A stretch of 64,000 nucleotides of DNA from Guillardia theta CCMP2712 (lineage: Eukaryota; Protista; Cryptophyta): the NCBI RefSeq assembly GCF_000315625.1, contig NW_005434601.1, forward strand, positions 204,503-268,502, in the 5' to 3' direction. Of the stretch, positions 62,623 through 64,000 are shown piece by piece (within the stretch, counting starts at the first letter, position 1; each line of letters begins with the position of its first letter). The notes under the pieces are model-generated. The model was not told where the DNA came from. It was given only the letters and a program-made list of their open reading frames with translations, and searched no databases. The translations under genes were made by a program, and so were the position numbers.

Positions 62623-64000
62623 CTACTTGCCGGAGGAGGCGTTGCTCCCTTCTCTCTTGGGCACTAGGTGCTTCACAGGCACAAAGTAGTCGTGCTTGAG
62701 AGCGTCGGTCGGGCTGATCCGCGTCTTGTGGTCGTACCGCAAGCACCTGCATCCTGTGAGCAAGGGAAGGAGTCGAGGGTGGGACTGACTGGTCGAGGAA
62801 ATCGATCGCCTCAGGGCTGACAAGGTGCTGATTTTCTCTGGTCACGAACGACTGCCAGCTCTTGCGCGGGTGCTTGCCCAGTATGCCATCGTAGTGTCTA
62901 TCCAGCTGAATGTCGTACTGCACAGTAGAGTGAGCGAGGAACTACGGGAGAGGCACACGTGGGAGGGGAGGAACGGGAAGGAGGAGAGAGGGAAGGGAGA
63001 GAATGAGGCAGGTCACCTTATCCAAGTAGGCGAACAGGTCGTCTGTGCCCAACACCTTAGCGATCTTAACGAGTTGATCATAGTTATCATGTCCATGGAA
63101 AAATGGCTCCTTGCGAAAAATCTGTTCCCAGGCGTGTCAAGCGTGCTATTGTAATCATGGCTGAAGCAGAGGAGCGAGGTTCTTACCATTCCTGCAAACA
63201 TTGCTCCAAGACTCCACATGTCAAGGGAGTAATCGTATTCACGGAAGTCCACTAGCAGTTCAGGTCCCTTGAAGTATCTGCTCCAGCTCTCCGTCAGGGA
63301 CACACGGCAGGGGACAGCAACATGTCGACCTCGATGCTACACGCACGTTGTACTCCGTCCCTGGGTAGAAAAACTCGGCAAGACCCCAATCGATCAGACG
63401 TAACTTGCGCTGAGAGTGATCGATCATGACCTGCGGTCTGTCAGAACTCGACGGGGGCGAAGTGAAGGGCATGCGCACATTGTGAGGCTTGACGTCTCTG
63501 TGCATGACACCGTTGGCATGTGCGAATGCCAGAGCCACCAGAAGCTGACGAAATAAGCTAAGGGAGAGAGAGGAGAGGAGAGGAGAAGGGTACCTCATGA
63601 ATGTAATATCGTATATCCATGTCAGTCAGTGTTGGGTACAAGATTTTGAAATCTGTGTTTGCTACATGCTCAAACACCAAACTTGGAGTTTTTGAGCCTG
63701 GATCGCGAACCTACAGGCCAGTCATCGACAGATCCACGTGTGTCACATCAACTTTCACTCTTACGGTGTCAAGAAGCTGGATGACGTTCGGACCTCCCCT
63801 CAAGTTCTGCAAGATGCGTATCTCTCTCTTGATCTTTCTTTGTCTACATGTGGTATAAGTCACCAGATCCTCGTCAGACAGCTCTTACCTGACAGGCTTC
63901 AGACACTTGATAATGACTTTCTCCTCGGACGATACTTTCCAACCTTCAAACACTTCGCTGTACTTTCCCCTTCCCACCTTCCCAAAAGAAGCGAATCACG
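62623..64000 (-). CDS. CKA1: Casein kinase II alpha subunit (5' end beyond the window)
   Basis: [79 protein letters not shown]. Confidence 0.97.

Overview
Eukaryotic nuclear scaffold with four N-gaps, many short (~45-60 nt) spliceosomal introns, microsatellite-expanded introns, flagellar genes and a nucleus-encoded plastid enzyme with a bipartite leader. This fits a cryptophyte such as Guillardia theta or a relative (inferred, not verified). About 16 intron-containing genes can be reconstructed by hand: LRRIQ3-like, an EsV-1-7 repeat protein, IQCA1/DRC11, LRRC49-like, a coiled-coil/PDZ protein, a dual-specificity phosphatase, a giant multi-SPRY/LamG/UBA/HECT E3 ligase, membralin, a tandem CCCH protein, a MAP3K, plastid HemE, CK2-alpha and several hypotheticals. 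A short non-autonomous copia-type LTR element sits at 6.25-7.68 kb, and a third LTR copy lies in a hemE intron. Most interesting signals: (1) the third LTR copy differs from its sisters mainly by non-duplicative 5-10 bp GC-rich oligo insertions. The same short words make up the GC-rich mosaic tracts flanking mobile DNA across the window, suggesting an insertional mutator or genome-defence process. (2) The MAP3K is spliced in frame to PB1, UBA, WWE and YEATS-like domains. (3) TACCCC/GGGGTA tracts recur upstream of gene starts. Exon boundaries and domain calls were made by eye, without any database search.
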